64,000 nt of DNA, from the NCBI GenBank assembly GCA_040954595.2, contig CM082592.2:2108001-2172000 (forward strand). The letters run 5' to 3'. The position numbers and the translations under genes were made by a program. The notes below the pieces were generated by a model that was not told the DNA's origin, did no database searches, and saw only the letters and a program-made list of their open reading frames with translations. Source of the stretch: Balanoglossus misakiensis (lineage: Eukaryota > Animalia > Hemichordata). Positions 49,541 to 62,836 of the stretch are shown in pieces (position 1 is the first letter of the stretch; every line of letters starts with the position of its first letter).

Positions 49541-50479
49541 TAGTCTCGGTTACCCAGAGCCCTCTGCTTCTTCCGTTAGGCACTCCAGAAAGAGGGTCTG
49601 GGGAAACCCGGTGTGCGTTCGACGTACGAAGCGTTCGGTAACGTTCGGAAACGTTTTCATGTCGAACGATCTTTTGTCATTGTTTTTCGCGAACGTTTTG
49701 TAACAATGGAAGGCGTAAGACGGAGGTGACTCGCGGCGAACAACTCATTAATTCAAAATGGCAGACATGTAAGCCGAAGTACGACTCGCAGGGCATATTT
49801 TCGAAGAAGTTGCAGAATATTTGTCGTTTTAGGTAGTGATAGTTTTACCAAGCGAAAGCTTGTATTTTTTCTCAATCAATAAACCAATTCACATGGATTG
49901 TGCCGCTACTGTCTTGTGTAAAACGGTTTAAAAGTGGTATGCACTTCCGGAATCATGTCCTTGTATGCGCACCGGGACGTTCTTGCTGACGGCCGCTGTC
50001 TCTGAAAAGCCAAAGGTCATTGACAGCGCCCTCTTGTGAGAGGCAAGCTTATCGTTCGACGAAGTACAAAAGCGCCCGGCGCAAGCATTCACAAAACGCT
50101 TTGTGCGTCGAACGCACCCCCGGTAAACAAACCGTCAGGCGGAATCGGGACAGCTGCGATGCATGACGGGAGATTAATATTCCAAAATGGCGACGTCCTG
50201 CGCGCGAACCTCACGGCCGACATGTATGACATACGATAAAGAAAACATGCTGAGAAGTGCTAGACCTGCTAAAACTGTATACAAATTGAAAAGAGAGAGA
50301 GAAGTTTGGTAAATAGTTTTCTAATATCGTCATATCATAATATCGTATCGAATATTAATCTCCCGTCATGCATCGCAGCTGTCCCGATTCCGCCTGACGA
50401 TTTGTCTACCGGGTTTCCCCAGACCCTCTTTCTGGAGTGCCTAACGGAAGAAGCAGAGGGCTCTGGGTAACCGAGACTA
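49541..50479. mobile_element. AcademH-like non-autonomous element (TAG..CTA, 9-bp TSD)
   Basis: TIR of about 70 bp starting tagtctcggttacccagagccctctgcttcttcc. TSD acgcaaccc on both sides. An internal 50-bp inverted repeat lies at about 50133-50182 / 50350-50399. Confidence 0.9.
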
Positions 50480-50844
50480 ACGCAACCCATGTACACAAAT
50501 ATGGCGACTGAGTTTGGAGATTTCTTGTTTTTGCGTACTTTTTTGAGGATTTTGATGAATCTTTAGATTCTGCGGCAGTTTTGCAACTTCGGATAAATAC
50601 TGCCATCATTGCCTCTCTGAGCTGTTTATTTTTGCGCTGAAAATACGTTCCGAAGATAAAAAAATTTGCCGAAGATATCGTACCACAGTATTCTTAACAA
50701 GATTTTTGCATCCATTTTCGTATTTGCAAAGATATCTTCACGTTTGTTCTGGGTCGCATCGCCCACAAACTGGCAATAGAACAATGCGGTGGCCGCCCTC
50801 AAGTGTCTCCAGAAAAACAATTATTGGTATGGATTTGGTACATG

Positions 50845-51386
50845 TGTAGAGATTTTACTCTTTTAATATTCGTATTTCAAAGGCGTTTGTGTTTTCGGAT
50901 CACCTTTGCGGTTTCCTGCGCTTGTTTGACTCGTTAACTGATGATTAACCGGCACACGCCAAAACGATTAGTCTTTGCAGTTTTATGTGGCGTGCGGCCG
51001 GCACACGCCAAAAAGATTAGTCTGTATATATATAGTAGGCTGGTTTTTCTGCATATGTTTTGTCTCTGTTTACCTGCCGATTTTGAATCCGGCCCCTGCC
51101 TATATAAGGCCGCATTTTAAATTACAAAGGGGGGAAGTAGTTGGAAGTGGGGACAGGCCGTAGCTGGGGTAAGATAAAGGTATACAGCTATTGTTTACTT
51201 AGAGTTGTTGCGCTTTGAAATAAAAACGCCGTGTTGGTTTTTACATCGAATCTTCTCATCTCCTGACAACTCATTGTGCGATTCTCATATGAGGGTGTGA
51301 GGTCGTTCCCCTTTCTGATTACCCTATCAGTCTTACCGTATTCCCTAACAACGATAACACGTCGACAACCGGGAAGAATCTCGACA
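50845..51386 (+). repeat. 5' LTR of the Gypsy element
   Basis: tgtagagatt...aatctcgaca (TG..CA with a short inverted repeat), TATA-like tatataag at 51101 and aataaa at about 51219. It lies immediately upstream of the PBS. Confidence 0.7.
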
Positions 51387-51389
51387 AAT

Positions 51390-51407
51390 TGGTGGCAGCG
51401 GTGGGAT
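51390..51407 (+). promoter_or_regulatory. Primer-binding site complementary to the tRNA-Leu 3' end
   Basis: tggtggcagcggtgggat is the reverse complement of ATCCCACCGCTGCCA-CCA and lies 3 nt after the LTR. Confidence 0.85.
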
Positions 51408-51484
51408 AATACGCTAAAGACTGAAATACGAGAGCGCAAGTAAATTTGACAAAAAACAATAGAGACCTTCACTCCCCTAGAATT

Positions 51485-53199
51485 ATGTCCAGCATCGACA
51501 GCACGTTAGCTACGGACCGAACAAGTAGTTTAGATGACACTGATAAAATAATAACGATGAACACACCGAATGAATGGTCGGATGCGTCCGACTCCGAGAA
51601 TTTAGCCGGAGCAACGCGTAAAGCTCCTGCCAAAGTACATAGCCCATTCTCCGAGGTTTTATCAAAAACCGTTGGAAAGGTACGGTCAACGCTGTGTTTG
51701 GCTCAGCGGAAAAGAGTCAAGGCAGTCCCGCTGGAAGTCTACAAAATAATCCTACCCCGGGACCCTCGGGTGATTCACGTGATGACGAATCTACTCATCA
51801 CTCATTGGACGGAACCGCAAACGACTTTCAAGGGACTCGACCAAGAAATCCCCAAGTCGCACCGACATTAAACAACGACCTTGCCGCACATACGATTAAT
51901 TCTCCGCCTATTTCTCTGAGACTCAATGACGACACAAACGTTGAGACTATACACCAAGGGCGCTATGAGGAAACCGAAACAAATGCAAATACAACTAGGC
52001 CTAAGCATGGCCTAAGCAACGACGAGATGGTTTCAGGGGCGAGTCCCGACAAACGCAAAGTAAAACGGAACGAAATTCCGTACGTTTCGGCCAACACGCA
52101 TCGATTGCTCACGGATCTCCCACACGCCCAACGGGGAGATTTACAGTATCCCCGGTAGCGTATGAGCACGACATCGGTCCGCGGGACCAAAGGAGATCGT
52201 ACTCACCCATTATCCCAACGACAAACCAGTTACGACAACTACCGACATTGCGCGATAAGAAACAACGGATATAGTCTCCCACGCTCTACACCTAACCGTA
52301 CAAACGATCCAAGAGACGATGACCTATCTCGTGATTTCCCTTCCAACCCCATGTCACCTCTTGATGACTCTCATCGCCAAGACATGGAGGATGGGTTAGA
52401 GGCAAACGGCGGCCCATCACTTAGCCTCTATCCTCGTAAACCCAACGGTATGCAAAACCGCCGTCGTCCACTAGTCATGCCCGATAGGTTCGACGGAACA
52501 ACATCGCGGGAAGACTGCAAATCTCATTTCCAATATTGCTCTCTGATAAATGGCTGGAATGACGAGTATAAGGGCCAATTTTTAGCTGCCCTATTAAGTG
52601 GCCGCCCCGCCCAGAAAGTGCTTAAGAGATTAAAGACCTCCGGCGAGCTCACGTTTACACGCCTAGTAAATCAACTCGACAACCAATATGGCACAGCCGG
52701 ACAAGCCGAAACATTTCTGTTCCAATTGCAGAGTCGACGCCGACATCGCGACGAATCTCTCGCCGAATTCGGTAATTCCATGTTGGAGCTCAAGGAACAG
52801 TCGTATCCCGAACTAGATTCCTCTGCGGTCGACAGGTTGGCTCGGCAGTACTTCGAAACTGCCATTTCAGATCCGATGTTACGCATGGATCTGCACCGTT
52901 CCCAACCGAAATCAATGAATGATGCGATCAGAACGGCTATTTCCCTTGAAACATATTTCCTCGCAGAGGACGAAAGGACAAACCGGCGACGCCCTTTGTC
53001 CCGACGTGTTGAAGTCGACGATGAGGTTACGTACAAGGCCGCCGTGCGACGCATCGATAGCGAACGTAAAAACCAGTTCCGCGACCGTCAAGTCGATTGT
53101 AGTGACGAGAAGTTAAGAAGATATCAGAGAGGCGAGTGTTTTCTCTGCGGAGAAAAAGAACACATTAGCCGACACTGTCCCCATCGCAAGGACGGGTGA
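51485..53199 (+). pseudogene. gag: Gypsy gag (fragmented by frameshift and stop)
   Basis: ORFs 51446-51871, 51694-52158 and 52162-53199. Capsid-like PDRFDG...HF..CS.INGW and zinc knuckle CFLCGEKEHISRHC. Confidence 0.85.
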
Positions 53200-53349
53200 A
53201 ACGGCGATCGACCAAACGCCAGGGGCAGCGCGAGGTCGGACAACGGTACCCTGCCCCGCTTAACAAATTAAAGCGTCAACCAACTTTACGTTCAGCAAAT
53301 CGTTTTAACCGAAACTCCACGTTTTCACCAAAGTTCCATAAAAACCAAA

Positions 53350-56000
53350 ATGACGGCAACAACTTGCAACTCTACAACAGGCTACGAGGACAGCGTAAAC
53401 GCGCTCGCAGAAGCGCGTTGGTTCAGCACACTCGACCTAACAAGTGGTTTCTGGCAAGTCGAACTCGACGAAAGTGTTAAGAAGAAGACAGCGTTCACCA
53501 CTTGGAACGGATTGTTTCAGTGGAAAGTGATGCCGTTCGGCCTTTGCAACGCGCCAGCCACGTTTCAACGACTCATGGAATACGCCTTATCTGGTCTACA
53601 ATGGGAGATTCTTTCGCTTTATTTAGACGATATTATCGTATTTGCCTTGTCCCTGGACCAAATGCTACAGCGACTGGATAGTGTTTTCGTCCGCCTGAGG
53701 GAAGCCGGGTTGAAGTTAAAACCTAGCAAGTGTTGTTTGTTCCAAAAACAAGTGGAATACCTTGGTCACCGTGTATCTATGAATGGAATCGAAACGAGTC
53801 CCGAAAAGATAGAAGCTGTCAAGTCCTGGCCAACACCGACAGATGTACATAAAGTCCGGTCATTTTTATGCCTTGCGTCACATTACCGCCGTTTCGTACC
53901 AAACTTTTCAATGATCGCGCGGCCTCTGACAAGGTTGACGGAGAAAGGTCAGCCATTCTTCTGGGACAACGAATGCGACCACGCCTTCAATACTCTCAAA
54001 GATCATCTCATCAGCTCGCCCATACTAGCCTTCCCGATCCCAGGCGCGCCCATCATTCTTGAGACACCGACGCCAGCAAGTTTGGGATCGGAGCTGTCCT
54101 ATCACAAATAGAGAATGGCGTCGAAAGAGTAATTAGCTTCGCTAGTCGCAGTTTATCGAAAGCCGAGTGAAACTATTGCGTGACACGAAAAGAACTTCTC
54201 TTGCAGCAGTTCATTTCATGAAACACTTCCGACCATAGGTGTACGGTCAGCCGTTCACACTTCGAACAGACCACGCTTCTCTCCTGTGGCTGTTAAACTT
54301 CAAAGAACCCGAAGGACAGCTAGCGAGGTGGCTTGAAGTATTAAGCGAATTTGACTTTAAAATAGTACATCGACCTGGCAAGAACACCAAAATGCCGACG
54401 CCCTCTCCAGAAAACCGTGTCGACAGTGCGAGCAAACTCATTTCTGCGACTACGAGAGAAAGACACCTGCCTTAGCGAAAGTTACCGTGTCGTCCCACCG
54501 TTCTGCGGCAACTCAAACCGACGCCGATGGGAACGCTAGTTCGACGCCGACATCACCAAAGCGGACTGGATTCCCTGAACAAAAACATAATATCAACGAT
54601 TCAACGACGAAAGCTACAAATGCGATTGGACTACACTTGAAATACGACGACAAAGCTCTTCGGCAATTACAGCTAGACGATCCTGACATCGGGCCGATAT
54701 TACGGCTAAAAGAGAGCAATGATACATGCCCCATTTGGCCAACAGTATCACCTTCTAGTTCAGCGGCGAAGGCGTACTGGAACTCGTGGAATCTGATCGA
54801 AGTTCACAACGGTGTGCTCTATCGCCGATGGGTGTTCCATAGGGGTGATACGCATCAGTTGTTACTGATTCTCCCAAGCTCGCTCAAAAATGAAATACTC
54901 CAAGATCTTCACTCAGCGAAAACTTCCGCCCATTTTGGTATTTTTAAGACGAAACGAAAAATTCTCGAACGATATTATTGGTATGGTGCGACCGCCGACA
55001 TTAGGGCGATGGTCAGACAATGTGATGGTGTATATGTGCTGCAAGGAAAAGTCTAGGACGGAAACGACGCGGCCGGTTACAACAGTAATCGTCGGTTCCC
55101 CCCTCGACCGTATCACATTCGACATCGTCGGCCCCTACCCTACTACTGAACGCAACAATCGCTGGATTCTGGTAATTGGTGATTACTTCACGAAATGGGT
55201 AGAAGCATACCCTATCCCTAATCAAGAGGCTACCACTGTCGCCGAAAAGTTGGTGAGCGAATTTGGTGTTCCACGTCAACTACATTCGGACCAAGAAGCA
55301 AATTTCGAGTCCCTTGTTATGGCAGAAGTATGCCGACTACTCGGTGTTAAAAAGACACGCACCACTGCCTACAACCCCAAGAGCGATGGATACGTCGAGC
55401 GCTTTATGCGCACGATTTCGCAATCAGTTTCGATACTAGTTAACCCTGATCAATCAGACTGGGATCTTGTCGTCCCGTATGCGATGATGGCGTACAGGAG
55501 TTCCGTCCAAGCGAGTACATCAGAGACGCCGGCGATGATGATGTTCGGTAGAGAACTCACGCTACCGGTAGATTTGCTCCACGGTCCCGCACCTGAATCC
55601 GACCAGCACCAACGCACCGACTACGCCCTATGACTTCGTAAAAAGTTGCAGTTGGCACACGAGCGTGCTCGTCTATCATTGAAAAAGAGCGCAGTTACAC
55701 AGAAACGAGACAATGACAACCGTGCATATGGCACGCCACTTGAGGCCGACCATGACCGCCCGAAGCCTTACCTGGGGGATAAGTGCATTGATTGGAGAGA
55801 TGCCCTACAGACTAGCGACAACGAGAGGAGGAAAGCCGACAGCGTAAACGAGCGTCTTACTACGCGTAAAGACGAAGGACGAGGATGAGACATCGTGATG
55901 CACCGTTCATCAATTTTTCACCGACGGTCGAACACGGAACGTCGCAGAACCCATCCTCAGCGACAACGTAGACAGCCCCAGCGCTATGGAGAATGGTCCA
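53350..56000 (+). pseudogene. pol: Gypsy pol (RT, RNase H, integrase), disrupted; protease and RT N-terminus deleted
   Basis: FSTLDLTSGFWQV, MPFGLCNAPATFQR, YLDD, TDHASL.WL, integrase H..H..C, FDIVGP, LHSDQ, SDGYVER, and a C-terminal RQPQRYGEW. Several frameshifts and stops. Confidence 0.92.
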
Positions 56001-56093
56001 TCCCTAATACGCGATATTCGAGTTGTATGAAAACGAAAGATTATTGGGGTTAAACGCCGTATGAGGGCGCTGTTGGTAGGGCCAGAAATTACA

Positions 56094-58050
56094 ATGGCAG
56101 CGCGAAAAGTTCGTCGCGACGACCTACAGCGGCTGAAGGTCCCCGAACTCATTCAATTTCTAAAAGCCAGGGGTATATCGCGGAAAGGTGCCACGAAAGC
56201 CGTCCTTTTAAAGCTTGCGGCAAATGACATTCACCTTGATTTAAGGAATCTTGAGGAGCCAGACGATGCTGAAGTCGGTCTGAAGAAACGGCGTACGTGT
56301 CGAAGTGAATAGCGAAAAAATAGTGCTCATCGATGTATGGTCGGTAAAAAAATAGAATGATAACTTGACATTCCTTCCGGATGTTGATCTAATCAGAATT
56401 AGCTCCTATCTCCGAAATATTTGCATGTGGTCTGATGAACGACTGGTGAATTACCGCCAGGATAACGGACACAAATTGTTTGTTGACGGACACGTCTATG
56501 GCGTCAAGATTCACGCAGTGCCCAAAACACCTTTCACCTACGTCAAATGTTGCTGTATTCGCTAGACAAATCAGTCTGACAAGCCATATGAAACGTGGAT
56601 TTTAATGTCTTCTGCTGATGGCCGATTGTATTCTGGTGGATGTGATTGCGTTGCGTAAGTACACTTAATGACTTATATTTATCTACTGGCACTACGTAGT
56701 AGATGCCAGATCACCATGACCGAGTAGTTCTTGTCGCTGTTTGTGTTGGTTGTGATCGTTTATTTGCTATTTTTGTTTGATTGTTGTAGAAAAATACTCT
56801 TTTGGAACACATTTATGAAACAGAGAAAGGCGCAAATCCAGTAGCATGTCTAATGTTTACATTGTCAAAACTTTTTTTGACAATGTAAACATTAGCACGT
56901 TGTGTCCTCCAGCTATTTGCATAGGGTCAAATTAATACATAATTCATGATCTCTAGAAACAGTGTATATACATGTACATGCACTGGTGTCAGATCAAGTT
57001 TCTCTTGGTTGTGATACAAGAAAATGAAGCACAATTGTGCCCTGCTGAATATTTAACTTTAATTCTGCTGAATGCTTTGGAAAACATGAATGACTACATT
57101 TTTTGCTATTTTATTTGTTTTTCAAGGATGACGGGTCATGTAAACACTGCGTTGCCCTCCTGTTTAGCCTGAACAGTTTCACAGACCGTCACAGAGATCG
57201 TCACACCCAGGTAGGGACTGACAGACCATGTACATGTACTTGGGATCAACCAAGAAGGGAGTCAGCCCCATTACTTATTGATGACATTGATATCAGGACC
57301 AACAGAACAGAACCACTTCCTCCCCAGCCACTTATTGAATACCTATTGCCTGGCCATGAGGGCCATAGCGGCCGTTTATTACCCACGAGGGGCTGTGAGT
57401 TACCAGAATCACTTGCTATTTCCCGAGGCCGTAGGCCAAGGGAAATAGCATATGATTCTGGTAACTCACAGTCACGAGGGGGTAAAAACAGCTGCTATGG
57501 CCTGAATATAGGCCAGGCCATAGATGTTTTATAATAAACCTCATGCTAACAGTTGGGGAAAATCATGCAATTTTCTCTTGAGGTTGGCAGACGACATCTT
57601 CAGCAGTGGCCATTGTGTCAGACGACGCGACCGTGATTGACGTGACCGAGTCCGCGCACTCACGCTGGTCACGTGACCGGTTTATATTTTTCTGCTATTT
57701 CCCTAGAGGGATTCATAATCGATTATATTTTCCTATCACGTGACGGATTCTGGCGAATCACGACACAGCATTAGCATGAGGTATATTACAAAGCTACATA
57801 TAACCCTGTAGTCAGAAATCCCTTGTTATCAACAGATGAAATTCAGTCGCTTATGTATAATGCCTGTTTGGGTACCAATTCTCTTCTATTGCAAACCCTC
57901 GATAGTACACTGAATGATGACGAGTCTCAAAAACCAGAATCAATGAGTGACTTCATTCAAAATTTTAAAAATTCTCCTGAGTCAAATTTTGTTTCATTTT
58001 TGTCAGACAATGTTGACAGTAAACACATATCTACTGTAAATGAGCTCATT
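56094..58050 (+). pseudogene. ISL2EU accessory gene N-terminus (SAP-like + SWIM zinc finger), truncated before the expected YqaJ nuclease
   Basis: LKVPELIQFLKARGISRKGATKAVLL (SAP-like). GCDCVA|DDGSCKHCVALL (SWIM CxC..CxH) spans the intron 56655-57126. Stops, frameshifts and an insertion at about 57331-57791. Confidence 0.7.
57331..57791. mobile_element. Hairpin (Crypton-like) element
   Basis: An approximately 200-bp palindrome is centred on cccgaggccgtaggccaaggg, followed by cacgtg motifs. It interrupts the SWIM-gene exon. Boundaries are approximate. Confidence 0.6.
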
Positions 58051-58266
58051 GTGTTGATAGTGTGTTTGTGTTAAAACTTGCTTCTAGTGTATGTTAGGAT
58101 AACTGGGCACAGTGTAGAACTGGTAGGCCATAAAGTCAAGTGAACCTTTGTACACAACAAAAGCTATTTTTATAATAAAAAATATCCAAATTCTAGTCAA
58201 ACACATCCAACCCATAATAAACACTGAACACATCCACATGAAGTACACTTGAATAATTTGCATTAA

Positions 58267-58798
58267 AGGTACATGAGCTGCAACTGGATAAAAAAATCAA
58301 AGTTTTAAATAATCTCATTTATGCTTTTAATTATGTCTATTAAATGATATTTAATGACAAGGGTGGAAACTAGCCCAGTACGGCAAAACCTGAATGTCTC
58401 GTTTCGGAAGGCTAAAAACGTTAGTGAGATTCAAATTGGACCAATCAAATAGCTTGTTAGTCCTGCAAGGATTCAAATTTGACCAATCAAATAGCTTGTT
58501 AGTCCTGCAAGGGGACGTTAATCGATTTCAGCCTGGTCTTTTAGCCTTCCGAAACGAGACATTTAAGTTTGGCCGTAACAACTGTACGGATGTCAACGGA
58601 GAACGATGTGAAATATCGCCGATTTATACCTTTTTATTGAATTACAGGATAGATATAGTAAGTATAGAGTATGTTGTCACTGCAAACGTAATATTTCAAT
58701 TGTCAGACATTTATTTGTTGTGTTATTCTGGACTTAAAAATACGGTGTTGGGACCCGGAAATGGGCTAGTTTCCACCCTTGTCTCTCTTTGTGGCTCA
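58267..58798. mobile_element. Kolobok-like palindromic MITE, right end cut by a TAG-terminal element
   Basis: Starts ttaa|aggtacatgagctg. Internal inverted repeats gacaagggtggaaactagccca / tgggctagtttccacccttgtc and atgtctcgtttcggaaggctaaaa. Confidence 0.5.
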
Positions 58799-58868
58799 TA
58801 GTCTCGGTTACCCAGACCCCCCTGCTTCTTCCGTTGGGCACTCCAGAAAGAGGGTCTGGGGAAACCCC
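58799..58868 (+). mobile_element. Solo TIR of the AcademH-like tagtctcgg family
   Basis: Matches the TIR at 49541-49610. No partner end was found. Confidence 0.75.
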
Positions 58869-59299
58869 ATAGACAAATATCCGGGCAAAGATGACCGACT
58901 CGGGACAAAAGCAATGCATGATGTCAACATTTATGACAAACGATATTATGATATGACGATATTAGAAAACTATTTACCAAACTTCTCTTTCACTTTTCAA
59001 TTTGTAGACAGTTTCAGCAGGTCTAGCACGTCTCAGCATGTATTTTTAATGTTCGAGTCTGCAACCATCATGTGGCTCAGTGATATGTCCGGGGCCGTGG
59101 ATCGAAAAAAATGCCAACACAAATCCTAACCGTTGATAATACCCTAACCTGTCGAATATACCCTAACCCTTACATGTCAACAAACCATATTTATTATTAA
59201 AGAAATGTGTATTTGTTTATTATGCCAAAAATCATCATAATCATCAACAACAACAACAAACAAACAAACAAACAAAATCGCGGAGGGAGAGGCCCCTGT

Positions 59300-59570
59300 G
59301 GTTGTACTCGAACAAGGTTGGTACTGGATGGTTAGGTGAAGGGCCCTGACCCCCTTCAAAATGTCGCGAACACAACCTTGAGAATTTGTTGGGCTTCCAA
59401 CACGGTTCTCTCCTTGCCATACGAATCCATTGTAATCGCTGCCGCCGAGACTTACTTTCATTGGGAAACGGATGGAAAGTAACATTTTGCATCCATGGAT
59501 ATTTTTGCAGTTTTTTTAGCTTTGCAGTGGCAGAATTGCAACCAGGAGCGTTACAAAAGAAATTAGGCAT
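59300..59570 (-). pseudogene. THAP domain exon: N-terminus of the deleted ISL2EU transposase
   Basis: MPNFFCNAPGC...FHPFP...RLQWIRMARR...WKP...LCSRHF...PVPTLF (C2CH THAP). It starts just inside the right TIR. Confidence 0.8.
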
Positions 59571-60609
59571 CTTTTGGACGTGTCCGCTTCTAAAAGTTCC
59601 AAAATTTGAAAAATAAATACTTCTGACGTCTCCTTCTCCAGACGATCGATTTCTTACATCTAAGCGGCAGCCATTTTATACAGCGCCCTCAAACGGTGTT
59701 TAACCCCAATAATCTTTCGTTTTCATGCATCTCGAATATCGCGTATTGCGGTCCGTGTAGCGATCGCGGTTAACCGCGTAAACAACGTACGGGTACACGG
59801 GAGAATCGCACGCTCCCCAGAGTTTGGCAACTCTGCCCAGTGTAGCCAGAAAGTCACCAGCGCCGTGCGGAATAAAGCTGTACACTTACCGCTAGCCCAG
59901 AAAAGACAAATAGGAAAACAGAACCGAAATACTATTTGATATACAATTTATATGTACGTTTAATTTATAATATTTCGTTATTTAACCAGAGAGACACAAT
60001 TACTTGGTGGAGTATGTTCATTCGATGGACCGGAAGACTGATTTATCTTCAACCGAGTACTGACAGGTGTTATTTGAGAGACTCTCAACGGATATACTAC
60101 GATTTGATCTCAGAGGTGAGATCGATAGGAGATCTCTTGTATAGAGATTACGGGAGATGCGAAGAGGTAAAAACGTGAGCTAGGCGTCAAAAGAGGATCA
60201 CAGCTTCGGAATTTCCAGCCAATCGTCTTTCTGTATTTCTGCAATTCCTATAGCTATAGCTAGCCAATTAAAGTGAACGAACGATTTCGTCGGGAACCTG
60301 AGTTAGACTCCCCGGAGGCGAGATGAATTCGACCCGGTATCGTCCGATTAGCGCACCGGCAACGAATTTCTAATGATGCGATAAATCAGAGTAGTATTTT
60401 ATTAAATATTCCGACCGGACTTCGTAGTGTAGTTTCGTAATTTCGAAAAGTTTAGAGTTGTTTTGATGAAATGACAAAGTCGACGTTCTATAGTCGTATT
60501 ACCGATTATCATTTTTCCCAGCGAGCTTTGCGCGTCAGGGATATAGTTTACTTCCGGTTTATATTCAGATTTTCGCGGGTCACTGAGAACAGCTGTCACA
60601 ACAAACACA

Positions 60610-62836
60610 ATGGGTCAATACGACTTCTGTTGCGTGCCCCAGTGCCCTCGAAAACGAAAAAGGGATGGCGGAGAGTATTATTCATTTCCCTGTACCCCAT
60701 TATCGAGACGAAATGCGTGGATACGCGCTGTCAACAGAGAATTACCCGGGAGCAAAAAGCGTTGGCAGCCAAGCAAGTGGTCGAAAGTGTGTAATATTCA
60801 CTTCGTTAATTACAAGAAATCTGACGACCCGGGGTCCGAATCGTACATCCCAACGGTATTTCCATGGAAGGAAATGACGAAAAGTCGCCGCGTTCTGATT
60901 CGAAGGAACAACAAAAGCGTGGATAAGAAGTTAAAAAAACGTGAAACCGTAAGTACCGCTTTTAAAATTGCTGGTGTCAACATTTTTTTATAGTCCCACA
61001 CCGCCGCAGCGTACAGCTTTTGTATGGCTTCTATTTTGCAAAATAACCGAAACCACAGTTCCTCTCTGCCAATACAAACGTAACATTGATTGGTGTTACT
61101 GTTTAAATAAGCATCTAAAAGATACTTTTCCGCGAATTTCATTTTTTTGAAATTATATTTTCCCGCCAATTTTTGTCTTCGGTGCTTAAATTTATCAATG
61201 TGGTAACAATTCATTTACTATTTAACTGTGAATGTTGAACCATGTTTATTTTTTTACTACCTCTGAAACGTTAAAACATACTTTATAATTTACAGGGTGA
61301 GTCCAGTAGGGAAAGTACAGCAGTCAGTGATGATGAGCTGCAAAATTCTTCAATTGTAAATAAGGTAAATTTTTGCAATTTAATTTATAATTTAAATGGG
61401 GGGGGGGGGGTTTCGTTTGAAGCTTGATGTTCCCAAACTTAACCTAAAGTAAATAGATGTCAACAAATTATTGTTGTATGTTGGGTTGAAGCTTGGTGTT
61501 CCCAAACTTGACCTGCAGTACAGATGTCAACAAATTATTGTTGTATAATTTTCAATGTTTGTACCCCCTGCAATTGTTTTACACAATCTAATACTGGTTT
61601 TGTTTTAAGTAACATTAATTTATTTTTTTAATAGTTGGACTAACTTACCTTATTCAATGTACTACTATAATAAAATATGGGAATTCAACCATATCATGTT
61701 TTATTCTTTCTGTATTTCAGATGCCTATTGCGTTACGTGAGCACGATTATGTGAAATCATCAATTGATATGAAATCCGTGGAATCTATGCAAACTATCAA
61801 AGATAAGCATCCTGATCTGTATGCAGAGTTTGAACGTTTGAAAGATGAAAATACCAGTCTATCTCAACAACTGGATGAAACTAAAGAGAAACTCTTGAGT
61901 ATTGACACCATTGTTAATAATGACAAAGAGACTGTTTATTGGACTGGATTTGCAAATTACGCTGTATTTAAATCGGTTTATGACTATTTAGAACCAAAGG
62001 CAGAGCGTTTACAATATTGGCGTGGTGAGAAAGACACACATTTTAGTCATTACCACAAATCCTCGAGTCACAAGAAACCAGGACCAAGTCGAAAGTTATA
62101 TTTATTAGAGGAGTTCTTTTTAATTTTAGTTAAATTGAAAACTGGTCTTCAAATTCATGATTTAGCTAAGCGTTTTGGGGTAGGGGAGGGAACAATATCT
62201 CGAATTTGCAACACCTGGATTCCATTTTTAAGCCGAGAGTTTTCTATAATTTTTACTATGCCCACTAATGAAGAGTTGATAGACAGCCGTTGTAGGGCAT
62301 TCTCCAAGTATCCTCATACCAGAGTTGTGATTGATTGCACTGAAGTTTTTTCTGAAACTCCTTCTGCAATACATGCAAAACAACAGGTGTGGAGTGACTA
62401 CAAACATCATGATACGTTTAAATTTCTTGTCGGTATAGGACCAAATGGGGCTATTAATTATGTTTCTGATATGTGGGGAGGGAGGGCTTCGGACAAATGC
62501 ATTACTAAACGCAGTGATTTTTTGAATTATTTACAAGTAGGTGATGATGTGATGGCAGATAGAGGTTTTGATTTAGAAGTAGAATTAGCCACTGTTGGCG
62601 CATCACTTAATATTCCTGTCTTTAAGGGTGACCGTGCACAAATGCACCCAGAAGAACTTGAAAAATCAAGACGAATATCGGAAGCACGCATCCACATTGA
62701 ACGGGCTATCAGCAGGATAAAGAATTTTCACATCTTTGACAGTGAAATTAAACTCACCATGAAGGATACAGCTAAACATATATTTATTGTTTGTGCCTTT
62801 CTTGTTAATTTCCAATCTCCTTTTCTCAAAGATTAA
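60610..62836 (+). CDS. ISL2EU/Harbinger-group transposase (THAP + HTH + DDE_Tnp_4), three exons, about 507 aa, apparently intact
   Basis: Phase-0 exons 60610-60948, 61296-61364 and 61721-62836. THAP CCVPQC...W...VCNIHF...IPTVF, HTH DLAKRFGV, and catalytic motifs IDCTE, MADRGF, RIHIERAI. Confidence 0.9.

Larger units (their letters stand above)
56009..59744. mobile_element. Internally deleted ISL2EU (PHIS group) DNA transposon with AT TSD
   Basis: TIRs of about 65 bp: acgcgatattcgag(t/a)tg(t/c)atgaaaacgaaagattattggggttaaac...gagggcgctgt, flanked by AT on both sides. A SAP/SWIM gene and a THAP gene converge inside. Confidence 0.85.
50845..60490 (+). mobile_element. Decayed Gypsy/Ty3 LTR retrotransposon (3' LTR not in window), interrupted by ISL2EU-type insertions
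   Basis: LTR, PBS, gag with a CCHC knuckle, then RT-RNaseH-integrase in Gypsy order. The sequence resumes after 59746. The right limit is approximate. Confidence 0.85.

Noticed and set aside
59140-59172. ccctaaccct telomere-like motifs
   Set aside because: Only two or three scattered units, too short to call an interstitial telomere.
59750-60490. Possible Gypsy 3' LTR
   Set aside because: No similarity to the 5' LTR (50845-51386), so it is treated as the 3' internal region.
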